DNA from: Glaucostegus cemiculus
Taxonomy: Eukaryota
Length of the DNA: 64,000 bases
Assembly: GCA_976551045.1 (NCBI GenBank)
Contig: CDPCPM010000077.1
Span: forward strand, 7,254,001 to 7,318,000
Direction: 5' to 3'
The notes beneath the pieces were generated by a model. It saw only the letters and a list, made by a program, of their open reading frames with translations. It did no database searches and was not told the DNA's origin. Of the stretch, positions 1 through 11,480 are shown one piece after another (within the stretch, counting starts at the first letter, position 1; each line of letters opens with the position of its first letter). The translations under genes were made by a program, and so were the position numbers.

Positions 1-549
1 ACCTACAAATGCAGGATAGCTCGGTTTCTCTCTCCGCAGATGCTGCCTGCTCTCCTGAGTATATCCAGCATTTTCTGTTTTTGAACTATTACTAAATCAT
101 GTGAAGGGCACTAACATTTCCATTAAGTGCTTTAAAATTACTGATTTTCTTTTTGTCAGTGATTACATCAGTTGAATGTTGCATCTGTTTTCCTTCCAAA
201 GTTAATGTAATTTTCCATTTATCTGTAAACTGTATTTGATGAAAAGCCAGACCTTCCTTTGATCTTGTTAAGGTTGCAAAACATCGCAGTTCCTGTTTTG
301 CTGAGAGATATGTTATTGCAATTAAGCCTAACGTAACTCCCCAAAACTGTGGGAAAATAGCCAAGCTATTTGTTCTGTTACTTGAGAATGATACATCTCA
401 ATAACAGCTAACCACTAGTTGGTCATGTATTAGTGAAAGAGCATATTAACATTGCACCTTTCGTGGGGCCAGAACGATCCAAAGCAGCGTTTATGAAATT
501 TTGTTGAAAAATACCTTGATCAAAAATGCTCCAAATTCTTCTGTTCTAG

Positions 550-592
550 ATCAGAAAAGAAAGAGGTCCCACAGACTGAAGAAACAGACAAG
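550..592 (+). CDS. PCGF2: PCGF2/Mel-18 short internal coding exon (linker before RAWUL domain; SEKKEVPQTEETDK)
   Basis: Acceptor ttcttctgttctag, donor AAG|gtaggt. 43 nt = 1 nt + 14 codons, ending in phase 0 to join the exon at 2636. Size, phase and charged content resemble the equivalent BMI1/PCGF2 exon, but the peptide is poorly conserved. Confidence 0.75.
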
Positions 593-1311
593 GTAGGTTC
601 CCTAACGAGTGTTGCCTGAGCTATTTAATTAACTCCTACATTTAAAACAGTGATAGAATACTATCGAAGCGGGTCCAATTATTGACAAGAACGAAAACTC
701 AAACAAGAACTGACAACTTCTGTTTATTTGATTTTCTTGCTGAGGCTCGTCTTTTAAATTGCAGTGATCATAGTCTCAGTTTATTAATAAACCCATCCGC
801 CCAGTAGAAAGTAAACAGAGTACTTGCCAGACATGGAAACAATCCATTAATTCATTTCCCCTTGGCAGTGACATTGACTAAGAAACAAAGCCTTTTAATT
901 ATTTGATTGGAAATTCAAGACTGTAATTTGGTTACTGGCATCGAAATCGTAAAATGTTAAGTCACGGGAGGGGGAGGCATTCGGTTTAACTTGTCTGTGA
1001 TCCACCCCCACTGCATATACTTCCCACCCCCTCCCCAGCTGCACCCACCCTACCGCGTCAAACCCCCCCCACCCAACTTACATTCCTTAGAGTGCCGGTG
1101 TTCCCTTCCCTTCCGGTAGTTATCCACATCTGTGCTCACTAGCGCTATTTTTTGCTTAAGGTTTTATTTACAGAGAACTCATAGTGTTTGTCAGTAAAAG
1201 GTGAGGAAAATACATTAGGAACTTCAGGGTTAGACCCTGAAGGAAGTTTCATTGACTATTTTCGATTATTGATGGATAATTTAAACAGATGTAGCAAAGC
1301 ATGATCATTTA

Positions 1312-1465
1312 GACATGAGATAGGCACCTGTGTCGATGTGAAATAGGCACCACTATTGGCCTGAGATAGGCATCTCTATTGCCGTGAGATGGGTATTGAA
1401 GTGACACGGGTCCCTCTACTGATGTAAGACAGGTGCCTCTGTTAATGTGGGTAGGCACCTCTATT
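1312..1465. repeat. Degenerate ~23-bp minisatellite, ~7 units (consensus about GATGTGAGATAGGCACCTCTATT)
   Basis: Units such as gacatgagataggcacctgtgtc, gatgtgaaataggcaccactatt and ggcctgagataggcatctctatt lie in tandem in a PCGF2 intron. Confidence 0.8.
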
Positions 1466-2635
1466 GGTAGACTCAGGCCTCACTAAACAAAAATATAACG
1501 ATCAGACATGAATTACAACACATTGCAGGAATGACTTTGATTTTTTTTGGAAGGGGTGGGATTATTTTATGGGTAAGGTTCACTAACTGCTTGTGACCAG
1601 CACCTTAATTTCTCCAGTATTTTTGCTTCAGTGTTATTAAACGCTGGGTTAATCTCCAGTCCATTAATTCTTTGACCCTTTACCAAAAGGCCATACCATT
1701 AAATATTTGAACGTAACTCCTGTTGACACTTATGGATCATAAGTATGCAGTGAAATTCTGGTCACTTGTTCCCTCTGATTAATGCAATCTAGGTTACTTT
1801 GATCCTATGCGAAAATACAGTTGCCTATAATGCAGAATTAATAATCCACCCAAGTTTAGGCATTGACATTTTCCAGCTATACTGAATAGGGTTCTAGATA
1901 ACGCATAAATGTCTAGAACTTCAGTCAAGTCCCAACGTGACACTACAATCACTGGGTTGTCTATTATGTTGTAAACAAGTCACAATCTCACACCATCTTT
2001 GCCACCTGAATCCAATTACAAGCATTGCCTCCAAGGCGTATAATAGGTTCAGCAGAAGTTTGTTTGAGAGTTGTTGAGAGAAAGATTCGAATGAATGACT
2101 TTGGCTTCCTTATTGGTAACACTATGGCTAAAATTAGATCTAGGTAGTATGTATAATATGTTTTTAAATAATGTGCATTCGTTCTCCTCTGTCTACCTCT
2201 CGTCTTCCAGCTCCATTCCTGGAAAGAACTTGTTTTAATTACTGTAGCAGTAGTACATAGTCACTGGTGTCACTAGTGAAGGTGTGATACCGTCAACCTT
2301 TGACAGCTTTTGCAGTCAACTTGGTTGGTTGAAAGATGCGTGGCGCAATAATGGAGATCTTTATTTATAGACGCCATGTGTAGTTAAGGAGTAAAGATGC
2401 TTTGTCTTGGTGAACACGCTGACTTGAGTGGTTAAGTGTTCTGTCTGCTCAGTGATTTCCTAGTCTATCGTTATTTATTTAATCTTTTTTTTTGAGGACA
2501 CAATAAGGGCACAGGATAAGTAATATTTTTTCCATTTATTTTCACAACCATCAGACCAGTGAAACTCAGGGGCCTGGGCACCTGTTCCGTAACATCCAGA
2601 GACTCACCCATCTTATCTCTCTTTACACACCCTAG

Positions 2636-2734
2636 ACTAACAGTGTCCGGTATCTGCGGTGTCCAGCTGCAATGACGGTGATGCATTTGGGAAAATTTCT
2701 CCGGAATAAAATGGATATTCCCAGCAATTTTCGA
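2636..2734 (+). CDS. PCGF2: PCGF2/Mel-18 coding exon, RAWUL domain ([33 protein letters not shown])
   Basis: cctag|ACT...CGA|gtaagt; 99 nt, phase 0/0. [14 protein letters not shown] is the BMI1/PCGF2 signature. Confidence 0.96.
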
Positions 2735-2828
2735 GTAAGTTTATAAATCGCAAACAAAAAGGAAGAAGTCAAATTGAAATCTATTTCCCATGTTTTGTCT
2801 TTAATGAAATTATTTGTTTTGATTCTAG

Positions 2829-2909
2829 ATTGACGTTATGTATGAAGACGAACCTCTTAAAGATTACTACACACTTATGGATATAGCGTATATTTATACA
2901 TGGAGACGG
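2829..2909 (+). CDS. PCGF2: PCGF2/Mel-18 coding exon, RAWUL domain ([27 protein letters not shown])
   Basis: ttctag|ATT...CGG|gtaatt; 81 nt, phase 0/0, after a 94-nt intron. [10 protein letters not shown] is the BMI1/PCGF2 motif. Confidence 0.96.
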
Positions 2910-3035
2910 GTAATTATTCTTTTGTTATGGGTTGTGGAATATAGTTGTACTTAGGAATAAGTTTTTGAGTGTGGATATGGCCATATGTGTATGCTTATGT
3001 ACAATTGACTTACTCCGTGCATTCATACCTATAAT

Positions 3036-3448
3036 GTCAAGTCAAGTCCAGTTTATTGTCATGTTCACAGGTATGGTGAGGTACAGGTACAATGAGATAC
3101 TTGCAGCAGCAGCATCACAGGCATATCAGTACCGACAACACGCAGAGCTTAAGTTATACGTAAATTATACCTAAATGAAACAAGACAATGAAGAGAAAAG
3201 ACTGTTCAAAATAAGACATAAGTGCAAAAAAAACCACAATCAGAGCTAAGTCCACTATAGTGCAGGAGGTGGTCCATAGTGTTCCGTTGCTGAGGTAGGG
3301 TTAGGGCTGTGCAGGTCGGTTCAAGAACCTCACAGTTGTAGGAAAGTAGCTGTTCCTGCACCTGGTGGTGTGGGACTTCTGTAAGTCCTGCCTGATGGTA
3401 GTAGTGAGAAGAGGGCATAACCTGGATGGTGGGGATCCTTGAAGATAA
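3036..3448 (-). mobile_element. Rex1/Babar-like LINE 3' fragment
   Basis: Minus-strand remnant IFKDPHHPGYALFSLLPSGRTYRS and NSYFPTTVRFLN, plus a (caagt)n-type tail; related copies recur across the window. Confidence 0.7.
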
Positions 3449-3576
3449 NNNNNNNNNNNNNNNNNNNNNNNNNNNNNNNNNNNNNNNNNNNNNNNNNNNN
3501 NNNNNNNNNNNNNNNNNNNNNNNNNNNNNNNNNNNNNNNNNNNNNNNNNNNNNNNNNNNNNNNNNNNNNNNNNNNN
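3449..3576. other. Assembly gap (128 N)
   Basis: Run of N next to a GT-rich repeat. Confidence 1.
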
Positions 3577-3780
3577 GTGTGTGAGGGTGTATGTGTGAGT
3601 GTTTGTGAGGGTGTGTGTGTGAGGGTGTGTGTGTGAGGGTGTGTGTGTGAGGGTGTGTGTTTGTGTGCGAGTGTGTGTGTGAGGGTGTATGTGTGAGTGT
3701 TTGTGAGGGTGTGTGTTTGAGGATGTGTGTGTGTGTGAGGGTGTGTGTGTGAGGGTGTGTGTGTGAGGGTGTGTGTGTGC
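3577..3780. repeat. GT-rich compound micro/minisatellite (GAGGGTGTGTGTGT-type units)
   Basis: Visible directly; gives the spurious HT-rich ORFs. Confidence 0.95.
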
Positions 3781-3814
3781 GCGCACATCAGTGTGGGTGT
3801 CTATTGCGTATGAA

Positions 3815-4095
3815 ATGCTTTATAAATTGTAGTCATTGTTGTCAGGTAGAGGGGATAGCAACCAATTTGCGCACAGCAAGCTCCCAGGAACATTAAAATT
3901 ATAATCACCAGGTAATTTGTTTTTCTGATGCTGGGAGATACTGGTCCCAAGACGGCCGGGTTAATTCCTTTGCTCTTTGCAATGCCGCCGTGGGATCTCT
4001 TACATCCCTCTGAGAGATTGGGCCGTGGTTAAAGTTTCAGCGGAAGAACGGCACCTGAGGAAGCGCGGAGCTCCCTCGGCACTACACTACATTGT
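3815..4095 (-). mobile_element. Deu-domain SINE remnant (SacSINE1/AmnSINE-like)
   Basis: aatttgcgcacagcaagctccca core; related copies near 16640-16980, 35070-35450, 39650-39960 and 47100-47720. Confidence 0.55.
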
Positions 4096-5635
4096 CAGTT
4101 GAGCGGTTGATAGAACGGCTGGACAGTCAAACGCTGCTCATTTCTCCCGTCCCTTTACATGGAAAAGGTCTATACAACAATTTCATGTGGAGGCAACCGG
4201 TGGATATGATTGTACGCGCCCTATACAAAGTAACCCCTTTGTAATGAGAGCTGGGTTCTCTGCAGTCTCAGCTGTTCCGGACTCTGTGCTCAGGTAATCC
4301 TCGGGTGATCTGAGAGGCAGAAAAAAAACCAGCCAACCAGCGTTCAGCTGTTCACCCAGGCGTGAACAAGAGGATATTGCAGTCCTTGGTGTAAGGTCCC
4401 TATTGATAGGAGGATTGTTGTTTTTTGTGAACATGGGAACTGGGCCAGTAGTCAGGTCGAGAGACCAGGTGTTGGATCAGTCTTAACTGAGCGTTCAGAA
4501 TCGCTAACTCTGTCATATGTTTTCACATCCTGCATTCGTTAACTCAATCCGTAGAAGAAGCGTTACCTAATTTAGTTAGTACTGTAGTAATTAGTGTGAG
4601 TCCATTCTTCTCACTAGTTGAATTGCATGGGGCCACAGAACAGCGAGTGCAACAAGTGCAGGTACAGGCGTTACCTGAGATCGCCTTGAGCGCTTTTTAA
4701 ACCAGTGCCTATTTGTCAGCCCAGCGCTGTCAAATTTTCCCAACCCAATGATGTTACACTCTGCCAACACTGAATATTTTGTAGGCGTTAACGTGCGAAT
4801 CTTGCATATATAAACATAGTTCCTGGGTTTGGATTGGATGCTAAATATGCAACGCATACTGAGCAGCTGCTCCTTCACAATATCCTATCTCAGCTAGTAA
4901 TCTAATTATTGATTGAGTGCTATACAATCAGCGCCTCTCCCCCTCAACCACCCCCACCCTTTTGCGTATAAAATCGATTGCTGGTGTAGATGAACTTATT
5001 TACCAACCACGGGTTGCTGTGAATAGTTGATTCGAAACCAAAATCGGATTAATCCCGAAGTTTCACTGCCACCGGATATGCAGTTGTGACTACAGCTTGT
5101 GTGTGTGTGTGTGTGTGTGTGTTTGAGAGAGGTGTGATGAGGGTGTATGTACATGCATATCGCATACATATGGCGATCTTGCCAACAACTTGTCCTGTCC
5201 CCTAGATAGGCTTCTCAAAACCATGTCCTGTTCATGCTTCGTGGCTAAATTAACAATAAGTGAAAACACGTGTACTTTATAAATATGCGAGAGCCCTGCA
5301 TTGTTTGGAAAGTGGTCCACTGTTTGGGCAGAAATTGCTGGGAAGCTCCGGAGTAATGAAGGGGGGAACTGGTCATTTCAATCATAGCAACAATGACTTT
5401 TTGAGAAGCTTTAGTGAAAGGTCATTACTGACAGTGCGGGACATTGGCACTTTAACGTGATATATATTTAAATCTTTGGGAAAGTTACTCAGACAAGTAG
5501 ACTTGCTACTGGGTTTTGATGATGGGAAGCAAGCAGCGGGTAGATTTCAAGCGTCTATATTATATACCATGTTATTTCCAGTATTTGGGTGCCAGCTACA
5601 TGTAATAATGTATGTATTTCCTGTTCTGTCTGTAG

Positions 5636-5956
5636 AATGGTCCCTTGCCCTTGAAGTACAAGGTTCAACCTGCCTGCAAGAGATTAAAACTTAGTCATCC
5701 CAGTGAGGACTTCGCCAATACCAGTATGAACTCGGAGAGTGACTCTGTGAGTGACAAAGGCAGTCCAGCCGCCGTTCCTTCCACGTCCTCTTCACTGCCA
5801 AGCCCTGGCACGCCCGCACTCTCTCCCAATCCTCAGTACCCAGTCGCAGCTGCCTCGGTCGTGAACGGGAACACAAACTGTCACCAGATGCTTCCGTCTG
5901 TTCTCAGAGGCCGCAAAGTGACTGTTAACGGCTCGGCAGCTCCTGCCTCCTGCTGA
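5636..5956 (+). CDS. PCGF2: PCGF2/Mel-18 terminal coding exon ([18 protein letters not shown]...Pro/Ser-rich tail...[16 protein letters not shown])
   Basis: Acceptor ctgttctgtctgtag|AAT; 106 codons + [23 protein letters not shown] and RGRKxTVNG match PCGF2 better than BMI1. A convergent CISD3 neighbour supports PCGF2 orthology. Confidence 0.93.
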   Translation, partial: NGPLPLKYKVQPACKRLKLSHPSEDFANTSMNSESDSVSDKGSPAAVPSTSSSLPSPGTPALSPNPQYPVAAASVVNGNTNCHQMLPSVLRGRKVTVNGSAAPASC

Positions 5957-7479
5957 AATCTGGAACGGCCGAATTAGTCAAGCAACAAGGAAAAGGAAGT
6001 CGCCTGTATAATATACACCGCGCTGCCAGGATCGAGCTGGCCGCCGGCCCCTTTATTAAATGTAATATATATATTCTGTTTAGCAATATGGTTATTGTCA
6101 GAAACATTTGTATCCCCCCCACACAGCTTTTTAAATGTAAATGGCCAACATGCACTTACAGGTTATGGCCCCAGACGATCTGGACGCCCATTGCCTGGAC
6201 TTGCAGACATTGAGTACAGTCGATTCCTCTTAAGTGAAGCAACATTGGCCACGCCTGCAGTTTGGCCACCACACGTGTTCGCTGAGACATCAGGCGATGT
6301 GGGTTTCTCCTTCAAAAGAAAATTGCCTTAAATCAAGCTCATCAGTTCCAGTTGTTAAAAGGGAGCTGTTCCCTTCCAACCAGTGTTGTGACGCGTGATA
6401 TCGTTTGAATCTCATGCGCTTTGATGATAATTGTAAACGACTAAAATTGACCAGAAATAGGAGCGTTGAGCGTTGGAAGATACAACACTCAGCAGGAATG
6501 ATAAAGGGAGACTTTATTCTCTCTCATGTGGTGTTCGATAAAACATTACGAAAACGTGCCCTGAAATATTTGTATGCATGTTAAGTCATGATGAGGTTTT
6601 CAACGTTAGTGGAACGAGAAGTGACACAGAGACCGAACGCGAAGTAACTCAGAAACCTTTTGTCTCCTAATTCCATATTTACATTTCTGGAGAAAACTCA
6701 GATCAGTTTTTTTCCCCAGTCAGTTGGATATGCCCGTTCTCCTCAACGTTTTTGTGTTAACGTTGTCTGTGAGTTTGTGTGTTGTGGCCCTGAGGAGAGA
6801 GCGTCCTTTGAGCCATGGTCGGACAGTAGTTGCGCCATAGTCGAGCTGTTGTTGAATTGTCGTCCGTTTCTGATCCCAGTTATCAGAAAAAGGGCGGGAT
6901 CTCAGTGAAATCCACCTTCCGCCCTGAATAGGGAAACTCTTCCAGAACACCTTGTCACATTCTTTCACCAGCCATGAATATAGGAGGGTTTTTTTTTGGA
7001 GGGGGAAGGGAAATTCTCTTCCCGTAGGAGCGTTTCCAAGCCAACTCTTCCTGCTTTCCTACAAGGCTCCTGCAATCTCTTCAGAAGCTTAGGTTATAAG
7101 CACAAGGAGTAGATTCAGTTACAGATAAGCTACAAATATTACTCGCTATACTTCGAATGAAATATGTACAGAATTCTCAATAACCTGGTTAGAAACTATT
7201 GGTAGAAGCGGATGAGATTAGAATCATACTCGCAAATACCACGGTTATAGATAGAGAGTACTTTTGTTTGGTAATTCAACAAGAATGATCTCTTTCTGCT
7301 TTTGAATACTTTTGTTTAAGGTGACAGCAACAATCAAATATTTATTGCAAAAATAATTGGACTCATTCTAAACAAACTGGTGTTGTCTGCTTAACACAGG
7401 TGGTGACTCTAAAATCAGCCTCAATTAACTGGAGTCGACTGTACAATTTAGCATTTCAATGCTTACATTTTCTTAGTTT

Positions 7480-7480
<1 letters not shown>

Positions 7481-7568
<88 letters not shown>
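7481..7568. repeat. Compound (GT)n(GA)n microsatellite
   Basis: Visible directly. Confidence 0.98.
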
Positions 7569-7863
7569 ATTGTGAGTATGCGAATGAAAATGAGATGAAA
7601 ATTCTTTCCCTCTAACGATTTGCTACCGACAGAATAGCACAAACGAAATGAGTTCAGATGGAATATTGTTTCATAAATTTTATTTTATGTTTTGATAAAC
7701 CTATTAAATCATTCTAGAATTGTATTTACTTTAATTATAAACATCTTCCCATGTTTCAGGATAACTTTTCGATTGTAGAATGGGGAATGATGTGACAGCC
7801 ATCCCTTTAAAATAATGACAATATCCATTTATTTTCTAAAGCAAACAAAAAAAAACCTTATTG

Positions 7864-7869
7864 AATAAA
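7864..7869 (+). terminator. Candidate PCGF2 polyadenylation signal AATAAA (implies ~1.9-kb 3' UTR)
   Basis: First AATAAA I found after the stop codon, in AT-rich context. ATTAAA variants occur earlier (e.g. 6055), so the true 3' end is uncertain. Confidence 0.4.
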
Positions 7870-8550
7870 GTTTTGAAAGGAATAGAGATGGGTAACATAA
7901 TATCGCCTCATTTAGAGACTGTACATTGTACGCTGTTTGGAGACGAAGTTTTCAAGGGATGAATTTTACGGAAAGGATGTTGAAGATACAGTGGCTGGAA
8001 GGTCAAGATGCACCGAAGCCTTCAATGCAGCAAGCTCTCTGGGTTGTATTATTAAGAGCGTTACTGTCATTTTCAGATTTCAAGCACTCTTGCATTTTCA
8101 CCTGATCTTCAGAAAGTGCATCAGTGCCTGAGTTTGCAACAGTACACTTCAGAAAATTGTACAGTGGCTGCAAAGAACATTGCGACCTCTTGAGGTCACC
8201 AAGGGTTCCATTGAAGCATTGGGGATGGCTAAATATCTGAGCATCCTCTGATCCGTGCACCTCACCCCCACAGTTGACCCGGGTTTGGTTAACAGGAGGG
8301 TTGTATTAAAAGAAATGTTGTATTTTATTCAGTTGACATCCGGATTACCATTTTCACCACACCAAGGCCATATCAATGAAGACTCTATCATCAATCGGGC
8401 GATGCGAATCCAATTCTGAATACTGGGTCACTGAGGGAATAAAGCTTCTCTCTGTAGAAGGGGCCATGGGAATAAGATAGGAAAACAACGCCAGGAGGGT
8501 GGAAGGTCCACGGCTTGGGAACGAATGGGGGATTGGGAGCAACTGACGCG

Positions 8551-8573
8551 GGGGAGAGAGAGAGAGGGGGGGG

Positions 8574-8628
<55 letters not shown>
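8551..8628. repeat. (GA)n / polypurine microsatellite
   Basis: Visible directly. Confidence 0.98.
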
Positions 8629-8632
<4 letters not shown>

Positions 8633-8719
8633 CAATAATACTGATTCAAGTGTCTAGTGTGAATAAGACACCTCCAAATCAATCTGTATTTATCTTCACA
8701 ATTTCATATTATTTAGGGC

Positions 8720-9100
8720 TCCAGAGCCGTGTGTGAATAAGGCAGCCGCAAATCAATCTGTATTTTATTGTTATTTGGGGGAAAAGAATCGAAAGTTTGA
8801 TGATAAAGCGAATGGTGCCGAACGCTGCTTGAAGAGAATACGCTGCCCAGGGCGGGTAGGGGCGGGTTATCCTGCTACAAACATCCCCGGGAACGGTTCT
8901 CGATTCAGACCCAGAACATCGGGCGCGGGGCAAGACCACGAATGAGAAACAAAAGCCACCGAGGGCCGTTCACCAGGCTTCGTTGAAAAAGCAATAGATT
9001 TAGTGGCAGGAGGCAGCCAACTGTACCGTCAAGCTCTGCGCATTGTACACCTTTCTGGAGAGTCGCCATGGTTACCATCGATGCTGGCAACATACCCTGG
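8720..9100. promoter_or_regulatory. CpG-rich promoter/enhancer-like segment with two GC boxes (8850-8866) and an RFX X-box (GTCGCCATGGTTAC, 9062-9075)
   Basis: Locally high CpG density in a CpG-poor background; GGGCGG twice; near-palindromic X-box plus an adjacent TGGCAAC half-site. Confidence 0.5.
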
Positions 9101-11064
9101 GCATTTCATTTTATAAGAACAGCACACTGGATTCAAAATAAAATTCCATAATCCAGAGAATATTCTAAATCTAAATGTATGCTAAATAATGCATTTGCCC
9201 TTCCGAATGTACACAATACAGAAACGAGAGGGCTCGGTTTCGCTAGGATTTTAATATTCAATGCTGGTTTTTATTGTGGTTTCAGAGAACGTGTTTTTTT
9301 TAAATTAAAAGGTGCACCGTCCATTTCAAATCGGTTTCTGTAAATTAAAATAAGAATTGTTCTTTATAATGAAAGGTGTAAAGGAAATAATTCACAATAT
9401 GAAACAGGCAATATTGATAGCTGGAAAGTTTAATCGTTCTATTGGAATAAATACACTGCATTGGCGTTACCTATAGTTACACGCCAGAGACTAATTCACC
9501 ACGATCATCCATAGATTGGATTGAGATTATGCCAGTCTGTGAAAGCATAGGAGAGCGTTTCATTTTACACATACTCTGAGATGGCCTAACCGTGAATGCG
9601 AACTGCAGTCCTCTGGGTATGGATGAAGATAATGCTTTCAGGTGGGCTGGAAACAGCTAACTCGCCTTGCAGGAGAAACTAAACAAGACTATCTCCTGTG
9701 TCACTGCGTCACAAGACTGCTGCCCTTTATTACTCCGTGGGATGGTTTTATGTGACTGAATCCCCACTCAATCTTTCGATTTTGATTGTTTTATCTTAAG
9801 ACTGAACATTTATATCCGAACTCTCAACGTTGGGGAAGTTAGGGGCAGTTTCGAGAGAGCAAAATTAGATTGCAAATCTTTCGTTAAAGTTTGAGACTCT
9901 TCGAATAGTAAAACAGGAATGTCCGGTTGCTTTTGAGAGAGAGAGAGAGAGGTAAAAGAAAGATTATCTTTTACAACGGGCGAGAGTTGGTAACACTGTT
10001 AACAACAGTTCATTTTACTGGGCAGGATTGTGGACTTAACTAAAACAAAAACTAAACTGCAGCACCAATTACAATCCGACAGAGAAATGTTAGAGATTTA
10101 TGGTTAATCAGAAGGCGAGAGAATGCAAACCCCCATTTAAACACACGACTTGTGTGTATTTTTCTAGTTTGATGTATATCAAAAAATCGTGACGTTCCAA
10201 ACCAGTATGAACAAGGATCTGTCCGAGCAAGACTTGTCTGCTCCAGATGCTCGGGGTTCTAATTTGAAGTCAAACTGTTCTTTCCTCCTGTTACACAGAT
10301 GTTGCATTCCTTGTTTTTGACCAGCTGAACCAGAAGAGATATATTTTGTTCACCCAGTCGTTGAAAATCCTCCACGTGTTCGCTGCATTTTAGCAGATCT
10401 TTCGCATTAACCAAATAATGTAATTTATGCACAAATCCGCAAGACTGGCATTTCCTCAAGTTCTACTCTTTTCGGGTGTACAATTTCCAATTCGGGGAAA
10501 GCACACAAACCATTGAGGAACAGCAGTAAATACACCTCATGCACTGTGGAAAACTTGTACCTAACTAACGAGAACATCGTATCTAATCTGAGACGAACAG
10601 GGGTGTAACTTGTAATCAGAAATGCGGATTAAACATCAAGTGTGGCAGTGACCACGTTTGGCATTGGATTTGGTACATATTGGGGAGAGAAGACCTTTCA
10701 TATACGTTAGGAAAACTCAATTCCGTTAAAGGCTGTATTTTTCATAAGCGTCTCATAGCATTACAGATTTCTATTATTTCCTTAAATTAATGGAAAGATT
10801 AGTTATTCACATTTAATTCCCATCAGGATAGACAGCAGACAATAAGGCGAGGTAGTTTGCATAACATTTGTACAGGAATGAGAGGGTCAGTGGGAACTAG
10901 TTCCAATATGTGGAAGATCAAACGGTGGTAAGAAGGTCATGGAGAAGTTTAAGACGTTTGGAGCCTGTGGCTGTCACTGTGAATGTTCCCGCTCTAACAC
11001 AAGAGCCACAAAAATCTACAGCACAGAAGGGGGCCCCTGGGCGCATGCAGCGTGTGCTGTCTCT

Positions 11065-11480
11065 TCAGAATCAAATTTATTGTCACTGCCTCATATGAGG
11101 TGAAATTTGTTGTCTTGCAGCAGCAGTACAGTGCAAAGTCATAAAATTACTATAAATTACAGAAATAAATAAATAGTGCAAAAAAAAAAAGGAATAATGA
11201 GGTAAATTTCATAGGTTCATGGACCATTCAGAAATCTGATGGTGGAGGGGAAGAAGCTGTTCCTGAATTGTTGAGAGTGGGTCTTCAGGCTCCTGTACCT
11301 CCTCCCTCATGGTAGTAAGAAGAGGAGATGGCGAGAGTCCTTAGTGATGGATGTTACCTTCTTGAGGCACTGCCTCTTGAAGATGTCCTCGATGGTGGGG
11401 AGGGGTGTGCCCGTGATGGAGCTGGCTGAGTCTATAATCCTCTGCAGTCTCTTGCATTCCCATGCATTGGTTCCATACCA
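11065..11480 (-). mobile_element. Rex1/Babar-like LINE 3' fragment
   Basis: Remnant ORF KRLQRIIDSASSITGTPLPTIEDIFKRQCLKKVTSITKD on the minus strand, plus 3' UTR. Confidence 0.75.

Noticed and set aside
1312-1465. CRISPR-like periodicity
   Set aside because: Eukaryotic intron; contiguous degenerate units with no spacers and no cas genes.
3301-3788. Long HT-repeat ORFs (161 and 152 aa)
   Set aside because: Translations of a GT repeat, an N gap and a LINE remnant.
550-5956. Calling the Polycomb gene BMI1 (PCGF4)
   Set aside because: The C-terminal motifs and the convergent CISD3 neighbour favour PCGF2; BMI1 lies beside COMMD3/SPAG6.
8003-8736. ORFs 8003-8260, 8354-8635, 8428-8682 and 8515-8736
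   Set aside because: Driven by (GA)n or bounded by nearby stops; no recognisable domain. The plus-strand acceptor at ~8076 leads to stops in all frames.
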